Source: Caecitellus pseudoparvulus (taxonomy: Eukaryota > Protista > Bigyra: Bicosoecida). From it: a DNA stretch of 64,000 nucleotides. Of the stretch, positions 10,801 through 22,800 are shown piece by piece (within the stretch, counting starts at the first letter, position 1; every line of letters begins with the position of its first letter). The stretch spans positions 1-64,000 of the forward strand of contig CBFFRQ010000056.1 of NCBI GenBank assembly GCA_965644315.1, in the 5' to 3' direction. The notes beneath the pieces were generated by a model that worked only from the letters and a program-made list of their open reading frames with translations, was not told the origin of the DNA and searched no databases. Both the position numbers and the translations under genes were made by a program.

Positions 10801-13800
10801 CAAAGAATGCTACACTGCCACACAATGACAACCCTTGAAATCCCCCAGCGCCAGGAAATCCATCTGCAATCCATACGCTTGAAGAAATAGACCGGTCTGC
10901 TCCCAGGAACAAGACAGCCAAGGCACCTGTGGCGTTTCCTTGCACATTCACACCCCCTGACACGCCCACCACAACATCCAAGTGTCCATCACCATTTAGG
11001 TCTGGGAGCATGGCCATGCCAGCTCCAAATTCAGCACCGACAGTGGAATTCACGACTTGGGATGCGTCTAGGTGCTGGACGTCGGCGACCAGTGACCCGG
11101 TTGCTGTTTGCGGGGCGCATCCAGCTCCAGAGGCCACAAGGTCTGATGGACACGGAGGTGACACGGCGCCCAAGTGCACAGCGAAAGCATCAAGCTGGCC
11201 AGCATGTGCGCCAGAGACGGATGCGTTGGCTGAGCCGACGAGGAGGAAACCTGCCCCGTGCCCAACAGTGCCAGGGAGCCAGGACAAGCTGCGGGCGAAG
11301 GTCATACCCAGTGCCAGCTCTGAGCTTTGGCCGTGCGATGACGAAAGCACCCCCTCAATTGAAACCGATTCATCGCTAGACACTGCAACCATTAAAACCA
11401 TGCCAGCAGCAGACCCCGGCCCACGTGCCAGCCCCGCAACAAACCCAGCGCCACCCACATCGCTTGGCATAAAACTCAGCGTGGCACCAAACTGAGCACC
11501 GTGCGTAAGGACTCCAGAGAAAGCTGGCTGCGTTGCAGAGAGTAACAGGGCACTTGCCACCTCTGTCCCATTGTGCACAGTAAGGATCCACACGGCCCCA
11601 GAGGAGTCCAGCCCGTAGGAGGGCGCTCCGACCGCAAGTGTTGATGACCAGGAGTCGTTCCCGCTGGAAATCTGCGCAACGCTGAATCCAAACTGTGCAG
11701 TGTCTACAGCTTCCTCGGAGTACCCGCCCAATGATGCTGCTCCGAGGCACTCAACAAGCGATGCTTGGCCCACCGAAGAAAAGCTGGCAAAACACACCGC
11801 GCCGTCTGAAGCATTCATCCCAGGGGCGCCAACTGCGGCAACGATTTCGCCTTGTTCAGACACACCGGAAGTGGCTAACGCGTGCCCAAATGCTTCGGCA
11901 CCAGATACGCTTCCAAACCCTGGTTGACCCAAGGCTGTCCCAATGGCAATGGCAGCGCTTGACGCATCCAACGACAGGAAGATGCACCAGACACTGCCAC
12001 CATTGCTGACGATTGTGGAGTCTCCCGGTGCCCCGACCAACAAGTCCAGTGCCCCATCTCCGTCCAAGTCGCCAGGACTGGACAGAGCGGATCCGAAGAG
12101 ACTCCCTACGGGTATGGTGGGGAAAGTCAAGGTGTTGCTCAGGTTCAAAAATCTCGACTGGAATGACAAAGCACTTTCGTTGCCTTGTGCATACACAATC
12201 CATACGGCACCTTGCTCAGCACCAGCATTTGACGCCCACAAGGGCGCTCCAACCGCAAAGTCAACGAGCCCGTCGTTGTCAAAGTCAGCCAAGCCCGCTG
12301 CCGACATGCGAGCTCCGAACCCAGACATTTCATTCCAGAACTGAAGCTCATCAGCCCGAAGCTGCCCAGACCGTTGGACCAGCGCTGCTCTCACAGAAGC
12401 GTTGCAGGAAGGTTCACCGAGTTTGCTCCGCAACGGGCAAGCCTGTACCGCTCCTGTGAGCGCCAGATCCATGGACACGAGCACACCCGATTCTTCACTC
12501 GCACCTTGCCCACATGGGTCTCCAACAAGCAAGCTCAAGCTCGAGTCCGTGGACTTCTGCAGAGCGAGAGACTCTGCAAAGCATGGTGACCCCGTCGCTC
12601 CAGGCACAGACGGCCTTCCAAACACGTGAACTGATTCAACTTCTCCCGCAGACAGAGTCAAGTACACGACTGCCCCTCCACCAGAGGGCTGTCTGGCTCC
12701 CGCAAGCACCTGCGCTGATCCTGCGGTGGGTCCGGGGAGGTACTCCAAAGAACGCCCAAACGCCAGCCCTGAGTGGCTTGCCAGCGCTCTGGGGTCTGGT
12801 GTCAGACTCGACAGGCTGCAGATTGTCATGTTGGTACAGAGCTGCAGCAAGCGAACTACGCCCTGGCCACTATCAGCTCCTGGGCAGCCCACTGCAAGGA
12901 GTACCCCTTCCGTCAACGTGAACGCACTCAGTGCTGCCCCAGTTAAGTCTCCTTGCAAGGCTGGAATGCCAAGCCCGCCGTGCTCACCAGCTTGCTCTGC
13001 AGTCCCAACAGGCGTCACCCGGAGAGCGTGCACGATCCCTGCATCGTCATCGCTCCCTGGTGCCCCTACAAATAGAATCGTCTCAGCCAAGTTCTCATTT
13101 CTCACCGCTGCGAGAGAAGCCCCGAAAGCGTCTCCCGCTTCAAGAACAGCTGGCAGGCCCCCTGTGGAGTTTGCAAGCTCAACAGAGCCGGCTATTGAGG
13201 CACTGCGGGTGGATGCAGAGAGAAACACGATGAACACTTGACCAGACACCTTACCAGCAGGTGCCCCCACAGCTAAATCACCCGTGCCGTCGAGGTTCAC
13301 ATCCCCGACTGCAGCCAGCGAAGAGCCGAAGCGTGAGCCAGGGGAGATGGACGGGAAACCTGCGTGTGACGAAAGGATTTCAGTTTGGGCGAAGGGTGCC
13401 CCAGAGGCTGCACCGAAGAGCAATCGAACACCGCCAACTTCGTTTCCAAACGTGTCTGTCAATCCTGGAATTCCCACAGCATAGTCAAGTCCGTCACTTG
13501 CATCAAACGTGCCAAGGCTGCAAACAGCGTGGCCGAAAGCACCACTTGTGCGACCAGCATGCAATGCCGCCCCTGAAAGGACTGTAGAGTTTCCGAACAA
13601 GTTGTGCGCTGGAGAGGGGGGCTCTGGAACAGAGAAGCGCGCTCCAGCGGCAAAGGATGTGCGCAGCTCCAAGACCTCAGGCAGAAAGTGAGAGCCATTC
13701 CACAGAGCAGGGGTCCCAAGCAGCACGGCATGCCTTCCAGTCCCCTGGATGTCACCAAGGACCAGTACATCCGAGCCGAGGGAGCCCGATGAGCAGGAGA

Positions 13801-16800
13801 CCCCAAGGTCTTCACTGTGAGCATTCAAGCCGCTCGACTGTTTCACTGCACCGCTTGAATCCAGTCGCAGGAGCAGCAGCGGGACACACAAATCCGTTGC
13901 GTTTTGGGAACCTGATGAGGAAACTAGCAAGTCGCCAACACCGTCATGATCCACGTCCCCTGCCGCAACCAAGCCAGTTCCAAATCCGCTCAGTGTTCCA
14001 AAGAAAGGAAGCTTCGCGGACGATTGAGATATGCGGTGCACACCTTTCACGCCTCCAGAGTCTTCAAACAGCAGCAAATATACCACCCCTGCAGCGTCTG
14101 CCGAAATGCTGTCGTTCGCCGCACCAATTGCTGCGTCAGGTACCAGATCTCCATCCCACATCCCGAGAGCAGCGATGGACAAGCCAAACTTGGACCCCCA
14201 GGACAGGCCTGGCACTGAGCCGGCAGAGATAAGAGGCGAAGTTGACAGTGCTGAGCCGTTTCGCGCAAGGTGGACAAGAAAGCATCCACCCACATCGGCA
14301 GTGCCGCCGACATCCATGCCTGGAGCCCCCACGAGCGCATCTGGAACGCCATCACCATCCACATCCCCCAAGCCGCCCACAGCAGATCCTAGTTTGTCCT
14401 CAGAGCTTATTTGACCTTGCAGCGCAGGAAGCCGCCCATCCACTTCAACCACGTGTCGAACAAACCCAGTTTGAAAAAGCAGCAGGACAAAGAACCCTCC
14501 ATCGTGAAGGTGTTGGGCGCTGCGACTCGGCGCTCCCACCAGCAGGTCCATTGCGCCATCCAGGTCCACATCTCCAGCCGCACTCACGCTTGCCCCAAAC
14601 TCCCACCCTGCCTGCAACTGCAGGGCAGGGTGGGATGAATTCGCAATGGCAGACTGCCAAGCCCAGTGCGAGTGTCCGCCACGGGTCCTTGTGAGAATAT
14701 GCACGACTCCCGCCCCTGCTTCTGCTGGTGCCCCAACGGCAATGAATGGCTGACTGGTGTCACTTCGAAGCCCTAGATATGCGAGGCTTCGTCCGAAATC
14801 ACTGTCAAGGTTCAGAGGTGGGCCTGGAAGCACGGGCGAAATAGGCCCGAGCACCCCCTGGAAGTGGGCAGCGGAAGGCAGCCTGGAGCTAGAGAGCGCA
14901 TAGCTTTGGGCAAAACGCGGCAGCGACCCAGGAACCTGGAGCAAGTGTGCTTGGCCGGTCTCAGCCGAAGTGTTGGAAACTGGAACCGAGCTGACAAGGA
15001 TCCACGCTTCCCCGTCGCCATGCAGGTCCCCACCAAACGCAGCCGCAGAACAAAACGAGCTGGCGGCAGTGCTGCTGCCAGAGCGAAACCCAGAAGTCTC
15101 GGAGGAGATGGCCAAAGTACGATTCACCGCCCCACCGAGCCCAAGAGTGAACAGCAAACAGCGATCACCTCCGTAACCTCCACGCTCCCCCACTATCAGC
15201 ATGGTGCCTCCTGCAACAGCAGCGCTCGGACCAGCAGCAAGGGAATGTCCAATGGAGCCGCGCAGTAGATCAGGCCACATGATTCCGGCGTTTGCAGCAG
15301 CCAAGTCCACAGCATCCAAAACCGTGCCACCTGCACCCAGGAACAGAAGGATCACTTTGCCCCTGCCGTTTCCTGGCGCTCCGATTGCAACATCCTGAGT
15401 TCCGTTCTCGTCCACATCCCCGACACTTGCCACAGCAGACCCGAATGCATCCCCCGCTTCGACAGTTCCCGGAGGCAACCCGGAAGCATTGCACCAGAAC
15501 GAAGCCCGCATGGCAAGCGACTCATTGTATGACAACGCGAGGGTCCAGACACGCCCAGCCCCTGGTGCTCCGCCTGGCGAGAAGCCTGGCGACCCAACTA
15601 GAAGTGAATGCGAAAACCCTAACGTGAACGACTCGTGGGCGCTCATGGCAGCACCAAAGCCTTCACTCGACGCCAAGGACAGTCCGTCAACATTGTTATC
15701 GTTTCCAACAGGAGTCCAGTGCCGAACTGATACAGGCTCTGTTGGGGTGCTTGCAAGGAACAGAAGCAATAGCTCGCCTGTCAAAGCATTTCCTCCACCA
15801 GGAGCCCCCACAGCAATGTCCGGAAACCCATCACGGTCTACATCACCAATCCCTGCCACGGCAGAGCCTAGCCCACGGTCTGGGTGTGGCTGGAGGTAAG
15901 GAATATCAGCGGCACTGAAAGCGACCCGAAACATGCTCTGCGTTGCGTCTAAGCCTGTCAAGGAGACCCAAAGTGCACCCCTAACCACCCCCCCAGCATC
16001 GACTTCTCCAGGTGACGAAACAATTAAGTCGCTCCGTCCGTCGCCATTTAGGTCACCCATTACTGCCAGAGCAGAACCAAACTGAAGGTTGAAACTTGCG
16101 GTGGGGGGTGGCGCACTTGGCGGTGATGGCTGCAGTACTGTATGCTGAAGCAGAACAGACCTTGTCGGGTCCAGGGCGGGAATCTGGGGAGGGTGCCAAG
16201 GGAACCTCAATGTGATGAGAAAATCGGACCCTCTTGAATCAGGAGACGATGCGTCGGACACAGCTCCTGGTGAGCCGACAAGAAGAATTAACGATTCCGA
16301 GGATGCAATGCCACTGGCCACACTAGACCCAAACAAAGCGCCCGCCGAAAGATCCCGAATGCCTGCAAGGCCAGATCCAATCCTGTGCACTGAAAGGGGC
16401 TCTGCGGATGCACTGAGTGCAATGATGAACACTGCCCCTGTTTGGTTGCCAGCCCCATCCGACCAGGTAGGGGCCCCTACGACAATGTCGCCAACTCCAT
16501 CGCCATTCAAGTCACCAGCAGAAGCACAGGCTGCTCCGAACCGGGATGGAACGGTCACCAGTATGGCCAAATCCGCTGAACTGCCATTGATGACCGCCAC
16601 ACTCAGAGCATTTCCCCCAGGCCCGAGCTGGACGAGGACAACGGCGCCGCTGTCTTCCTCGAAGCCTCCAGCACCTGGCGCGCCAACCAGGACATCAGGA
16701 ACGGTGTCGTTGTTCCAGTCCCCAATTGCCGCAACAGATGCGCCAAATGCAGTGTGGTTGTTGCCCAGGTAGTGCGAGAGAGTGTGCCCAGGCAGAGTTT

Positions 16801-19800
16801 GGTGCTGAATGGCGAAGCCTAGGGGGTCAAGGAAGACAGTGACGATTGCTCCGGCGCCTCCCGAGAAACCTGGCTTGCCCACCACGAGATCTGCACTCCC
16901 ATCCGCATTGATGTCCCCAACAGCAGCCAGCCCGGCTCCCAGGTGGTGCTGAGGGGCTGAGACTCCAATGGGCAAGCCCCCGAGTCCACGCCCGAGTACC
17001 CCCTCCATAACGCAGTCGCCACCACTGGAGAGGAACAAGACATGGACCTCGCCTGCCCCTGAGTCCGCCTCGGGGTTTCCGATCGCCATGTCGACAACCC
17101 CATCGTTGTTCAGGTCCCCGATCCCTGCCATAGCCAGGCCGTGTGCGCCGTGCGTTGCGACTGCTACGCTCATGGACGGGCAATTCCCAGAAGATGAGAA
17201 ATCGCCCAAGCCGAAGAGATCCCCGGTGGTTGAAACAGAAGCAATCGACAAGCTGGTGTTCGATGGACCGCTAAGGGCCACGAGCGATCCGAAACCATCG
17301 GATCGGGTGCCCAACACCCCCACAGCATGACCGACTTCTCTCCGCCCCGGCACGTTCGCAGCAATTGAACTGCGATTCAGCTGTGAGCTGGTCAGCACAA
17401 CGCTCGAACAAGGCTGTCGAAGGGCAGCCAAGGACACCGGACACGTAGCTTCAACGGGCACAAACTCTACGGCATGCTCTGAAACGCGGCCAGCCGCAGA
17501 GTAAGTGGTAAACTTGGAACCCACCAAAAGCGCCCCCGTTGAGGACCCTACACCGCTGCCCAACCAGGTCAGAGACGTACCATACTGTAAGCCTGCACCA
17601 AGATCACTGGGCTCATTGAGGGCATTAAAACCCGTCACCTCGCCTGAGGATGTGAGCAGCACCAAGAAGAGCGCGCCACCGGGCCCACTTTGAGCTGGTG
17701 CACCAACAAGCAAGTCAGGGACACCGTCAAGGTTTACATCCCCGACGCCCGTCAACGATGCAGCAAAAGCATTGGGCACACCAACGAATTCCCCAAGTGG
17801 CCCACTTGTGGCAGACACCAAAGACGCGTTCACCACAGTGTTTGCCGCATCCAGGAAAAGCAGCCAGAGAGCCCCAGTAGGCACACCCGCTGCAAACGGG
17901 TCCACATGCCCCACAGCGACATCAGCAAAGCCATCGGTATTCACGTCCCCAACAACTGCAGTGCTGAGCCCAAACTGCGAATCAGGTGCCAACGACTGCG
18001 CAGGCAGCATGCCTGGGGCACTCACCCAAGGGCTGTGGACTTGTGAAGAGATGGTAACAGTCAGCGCAGAGGAGGCGACGCCGACCTGCAAAAGGTACAC
18101 ACACCCAGCTGAGGCATTAAATCCCGGCGCTCCGATTGCAACAGACACTTGTAAGCTACCCTCAACATGCCGCCATGCACCTGCAGACGCCCCGAAGCGC
18201 AAGCCGGCAGAAGCACCAGGAGGGGCCCAAGTGAAAGCATCTTCAACAGACACTTGACCGAGAGAAATGTCAAAGCTGAGCAACAATAAGTGCATGCTTC
18301 CCTCAGAGCTAATGCCAGACCCAGGTGCTCCAAGAAGGAGGTCCCGAAAGCCATCACCGTTCACATCCCCAACACTCGCACAGGAACGCCCAAGCTCGTC
18401 TCCCGGGTTCTCAGAGATCAACCACCCCGCCAGCCCCGGAGCAAGAAGTTGACTTGTCCAGTTCACCGCTCCATCAAGCGAGCGCCTCAAGACAAGCCAG
18501 CCGCCACCTGTGCTGTTTCCCGAGGCGGAGAGTGCTGTAGCAGCGCCCCAAAAAAAGTCTAGCGAACCATCTCCGTCAAGATCTCCCAACACTGCAGAGC
18601 TACTCGCATTCGCTGGCATCCCTTGCCAGCCGCTGGGAGGGTGGTCGTCAAAGTCAAATCCTGCAGTGACATTCCCCACGAGGAGTGCTGCAGATGGGGG
18701 GGTTCCAAGGGGCAGCGACCTTTCAGTGGTGGGAAGCGTAGTAGAAAAGACTTCCAACCGCCCTGCCCCAGCGAGGCCGCTGGCAAGCGCACACGGGTTG
18801 GCAACTCCAAAGTCAAGCCCGCCATCTCCATCAACGTCACCGTATGACGCCACACCATGACCAAAGCAGGAAGTGGGCGGGAAATCCAAGCTGGCGTCAT
18901 TGTCTTGCACCTGCAGCACCTGCCGCACCTGCCCACCAGGAAGCAGAGTCAACACCAAGAGCTGCCCGGGGGCGTCTCCAGCCGCTGACGCGCCTGGCGA
19001 TCCGACGAGCAAATCTACGATTCCATTCTGGTCCACATCTCCGGCACATGCCAACCCACTGCCAAACATGTCACCCGCGCTGATGAAATCAGAAAGAGGC
19101 TCGACACTTGAGTACAGGTGAAGCATTGTGTGGGCAGTTCCATTCGTTCGCAGGAGTGCAAGATACACGGCTCCACAGTCAGCACCGCATGGGCTTGATG
19201 CTTCGTTGGGCGCACCGACGGCGACGTCTGGCACGCCATCTCCGTCCACATCTCCAACTGCTGCGACACTGCGCCCGGCGTTGTAGGCTGAGGTAGCAAA
19301 GCTGGCCGCCGTGCTCCCCACATCAGAAACCCTCAGCGCCTGCCCCCCACGCTCAAGAAACATGATGAAGGCTGTGCCCCGGCCGGCATCGGCACCCGGC
19401 GCTCCGATGGCGGCATCGGGCCACCCATTGCCATCCACGTCACCGATCAGGGCCAGGGCAGAGCCAAAGCCACTTTGTGATATGTTCAAGCTGGCGGGAA
19501 TTCCGGACTTTGCAGGCCAGTAGCCCTGTACTCCAAGACATGCGTGCCCCACTAAGGAAATGCCAAACACTCGGCCGTCGCCCCCGTCAGCCCCTGGGGC
19601 GCCAACAAAGAGGTCAGGTGCTGCGTCGCCGTTCAGATCCCCGGCACTGGCGACAGCGCTGCCAAATTGGGCACCCGGGGAAAGCACTGTGCTGAGATGT
19701 GGGCAGGAGTCAACATCCAAGCTGGTGAATGCACCAAAGTCCCCTGCACCAGACACTGTCGAGAGGAACACTGCTCCATACTGCTGGGCCAGTACATCCG

Positions 19801-22800
19801 CTTGGGGAGCGCCAATGGCGACCACACGGCCAGAACCCTGAGGGGCGGCGCCCACTATGGCCGATGATGAGCCAAATGCTGTGTTTAGAGCTGGCACAAT
19901 GCCCGACCCCGACTCCCCCAGAACTTCATGAGAAACAGCGCTGGAGGGCAAGAATGTAGACACACTGAGTCGCAATGCGTGTGCGGGGCGCCCAGTGTCT
20001 ACGTGCAGGCTGCTCGTGGCAAGAATCGCACCGCCGCCGGCACGCGAGCCATTCGCCCGCAAGGCAGTACCAAAGGCAAAGTCGCTGAACCCGTCGCGAT
20101 TGAAATCTCCAAGGTCCGCCAGACCACCAGAAAAAAGACCTTGAGCACTGCGAGGCAGGCCGTGCGACTCAGGGGTGAGCTTCAGCCACGCATGCACTGG
20201 GCCAGAGCTTGTCAAGTGAAGCAAGTACATGCTTGACTGGCGCGGTCCTGAAGCTTCTGCTGCCCCAGGAGCCAGAACCAGCAAGTCAGGCACTCCATCT
20301 CCGCCCACATCTCCAACACCCGCCACCGCCTGTCCAAAGCCAGCTGAGTCCTGCAAAGGTGCTGAGAAGGCCCCATCAACATCACTCACGATGGTCGTTG
20401 TGTCAACATGCCCATTGGACAAAAGAAAAAGAAGGAACACCCGACCACGACCAGGCCCACCTGCGTTTGTGCCTGGCGCACCAATTGCAACGTCAGATGC
20501 ACCAATGCCGTCGACATTGCCGATTCCAGTCACGGAAGCGCCAAAGCCGTCCCCGGAAGTGAGAGATGAAGTCGGCAAACCTGCAGGAGAGCCCTCTTCG
20601 ACCACATGACTGCCTGCGGCGCTGCCGTTGGTGTGCAGCAATGCAACTATCGATGCGCCAGCATTCGCCGATCGGCCAGGGGCGCCGATAGCAATGTCCT
20701 GCACGCCGTCGGAGTTCAAGTCGCCGATCACAGCGACACTGCTTCCCAAGCCATCGCCGCTACGCCAAACTGGGGGCACTCCATTTGTCCCATTTGACAG
20801 CGCAATGCTTGCCCTCACCTCGACGCTTCGGGGAACTGCAGTGACCGTGAGGAACAACACAAACACAGTTCCTGCCCCCGGACCAGATGGCGCCCCAACG
20901 GCGAGATCAGGGGATCCGTCACGGTCCAAGTCTCCCAGGCCAGCAACGGCACTTCCGAACCCAGCAATGCCGGCATCAAGTGACAAGCCTTGCAGACCAT
21001 TGGCAATCTTAATGGACGCGCTGGGTGAGCCGTCACTCTGCAAGAACTGAACCCAAACAGCACCTGAAGCAGCCGCGGCACCGTCCAACTCGACTCCAGC
21101 TCCAACTGCAATGTCCTGAATGCCATCACTGTCCAGGTCACCCAACGCAGCGATCGCCCCGCCAACGCCGGAGCTCGGTGAACCACTCCAAGCGTCAAAT
21201 GCCCCCGCGCTCGTGCGCATCGATACGTGTGAGGCAAAAAACGGAGGAGGAGTGAAGCCCCTTGCCGGGGGAGGGAGACTCGTCGCAGCGGAGGGACGCA
21301 GATCGAAGACGAACGTCTTGCCAGGCTCAGAAGCACCTGCAGTGGCACCTGCAAAGAGGCCAGATGTGTTCACCCCAGGATAGCCCCATGCTATGCCGAG
21401 GGGTTCGCTGAATGCTTGCGTCCCAGCATACTGACCCCTCAGACCTGGGAAAGCTGAGCTCACAGGCTCCGCGGAAGACACGGTCCCGTTCGCGCGCAAG
21501 GACATGAGCAGGATACCTCCCCGAACCGATGAATCTGACCCCGGGAAGGACATGTACGAAGACCCCGCAGCAATGTCCTGAACCCCATCGCCATTGACAT
21601 CCCCGATAGCAGCCAACGCCAAACCAAACAGCCCAGCCGATCTTGCAAACTGTACAATTGCAGGATCTGCCGCAAAAATACCTTGCAGGGACTTCAGATG
21701 ACCAGTGGCATGCAAACACGCGATGAACACCGCACCAGAGTTTGCCATGGACCCTGAGGCAGCGTTTGGAGCGCCGACGACAAGGTCTGGAACACCGTCT
21801 TCGTCCCAATCGCCAATCGCGCTCATGGAAGACCCCAAGCGTATGGCGCTGGTCCATTCAGCAAGGCCAGAAGTCGAGCGCTTGTTGAGCACCAGCTGCC
21901 AAGAGGCTGCACTCTCACCTATGAGCACCACTGCAACTGCGCCACCACTTCCTTCGAACAGGTCAGCACCAAAGGCAACATCGAGAACCCCATCACCGTT
22001 CACATCCCCGATTCCACTTGCAGACACGCCGAATCGAGCAGACCCTGACGCTATAAAGTCGCAACCGCTTGTGCAGGCCTCGAAAGGAACAGCCTCGCGG
22101 CATCGGCCTTCACCTTCCAGGAGGACCAAAAAGGCGGCTCCGGTGTTGGTCGATGGAGTGGCGTGGCCCCGGGCACCTACGAGCAGGTCAGGATACCCAT
22201 CTCCGTCTACGTCCCCCGCGGCTGCCACACTGAACCCAAAGTCGCTGCTGTCGGTCAGAACTCCGAGTCCGGGACAGTTTGAGGAAGAGATGACTACGCG
22301 GTGTGTCAAGCCGACGTCTGGGTGCTGGGTGTACACGAACACTTGCCCTTCGCTTGAACCGCCCCCAGCAGCCGCATAAGCACCGAGAGCAAGCAAAGAC
22401 CCCTGGCCATCTGGGCGATCACCAACCTTTGCGGCAGAGCCAAACCATGCGCCAGCAGGGATCGTCCCAAGGTCGCCAGCTCGGGAGCCAACAACACCAG
22501 TGAACCGCAAAGCGGAGCCCTCCGCAGATGTCCGGATCAAAATCTGAGAGAATGAAAAGTTCGCGCCCTGGCGAAGACTCGGAAGTGCAAAGGTGCGGAC
22601 CAGCCCAGTTCCATTCACGCCAGCCCCAGGAATGCCCACATGAAGATTCACCCTGGAGGGAGACTGGCCATCTCCACAGAGGGAAATGGCGCTTCCCAGA
22701 GATCCTCCGCTTGGAAGAACGCCGAATCCCGTGGATGCTGCACCCAGGTAGGGTCGGGCAGACACCAGCGTGGAACTGCTTTCGAGCTGGAGGAACAGGA

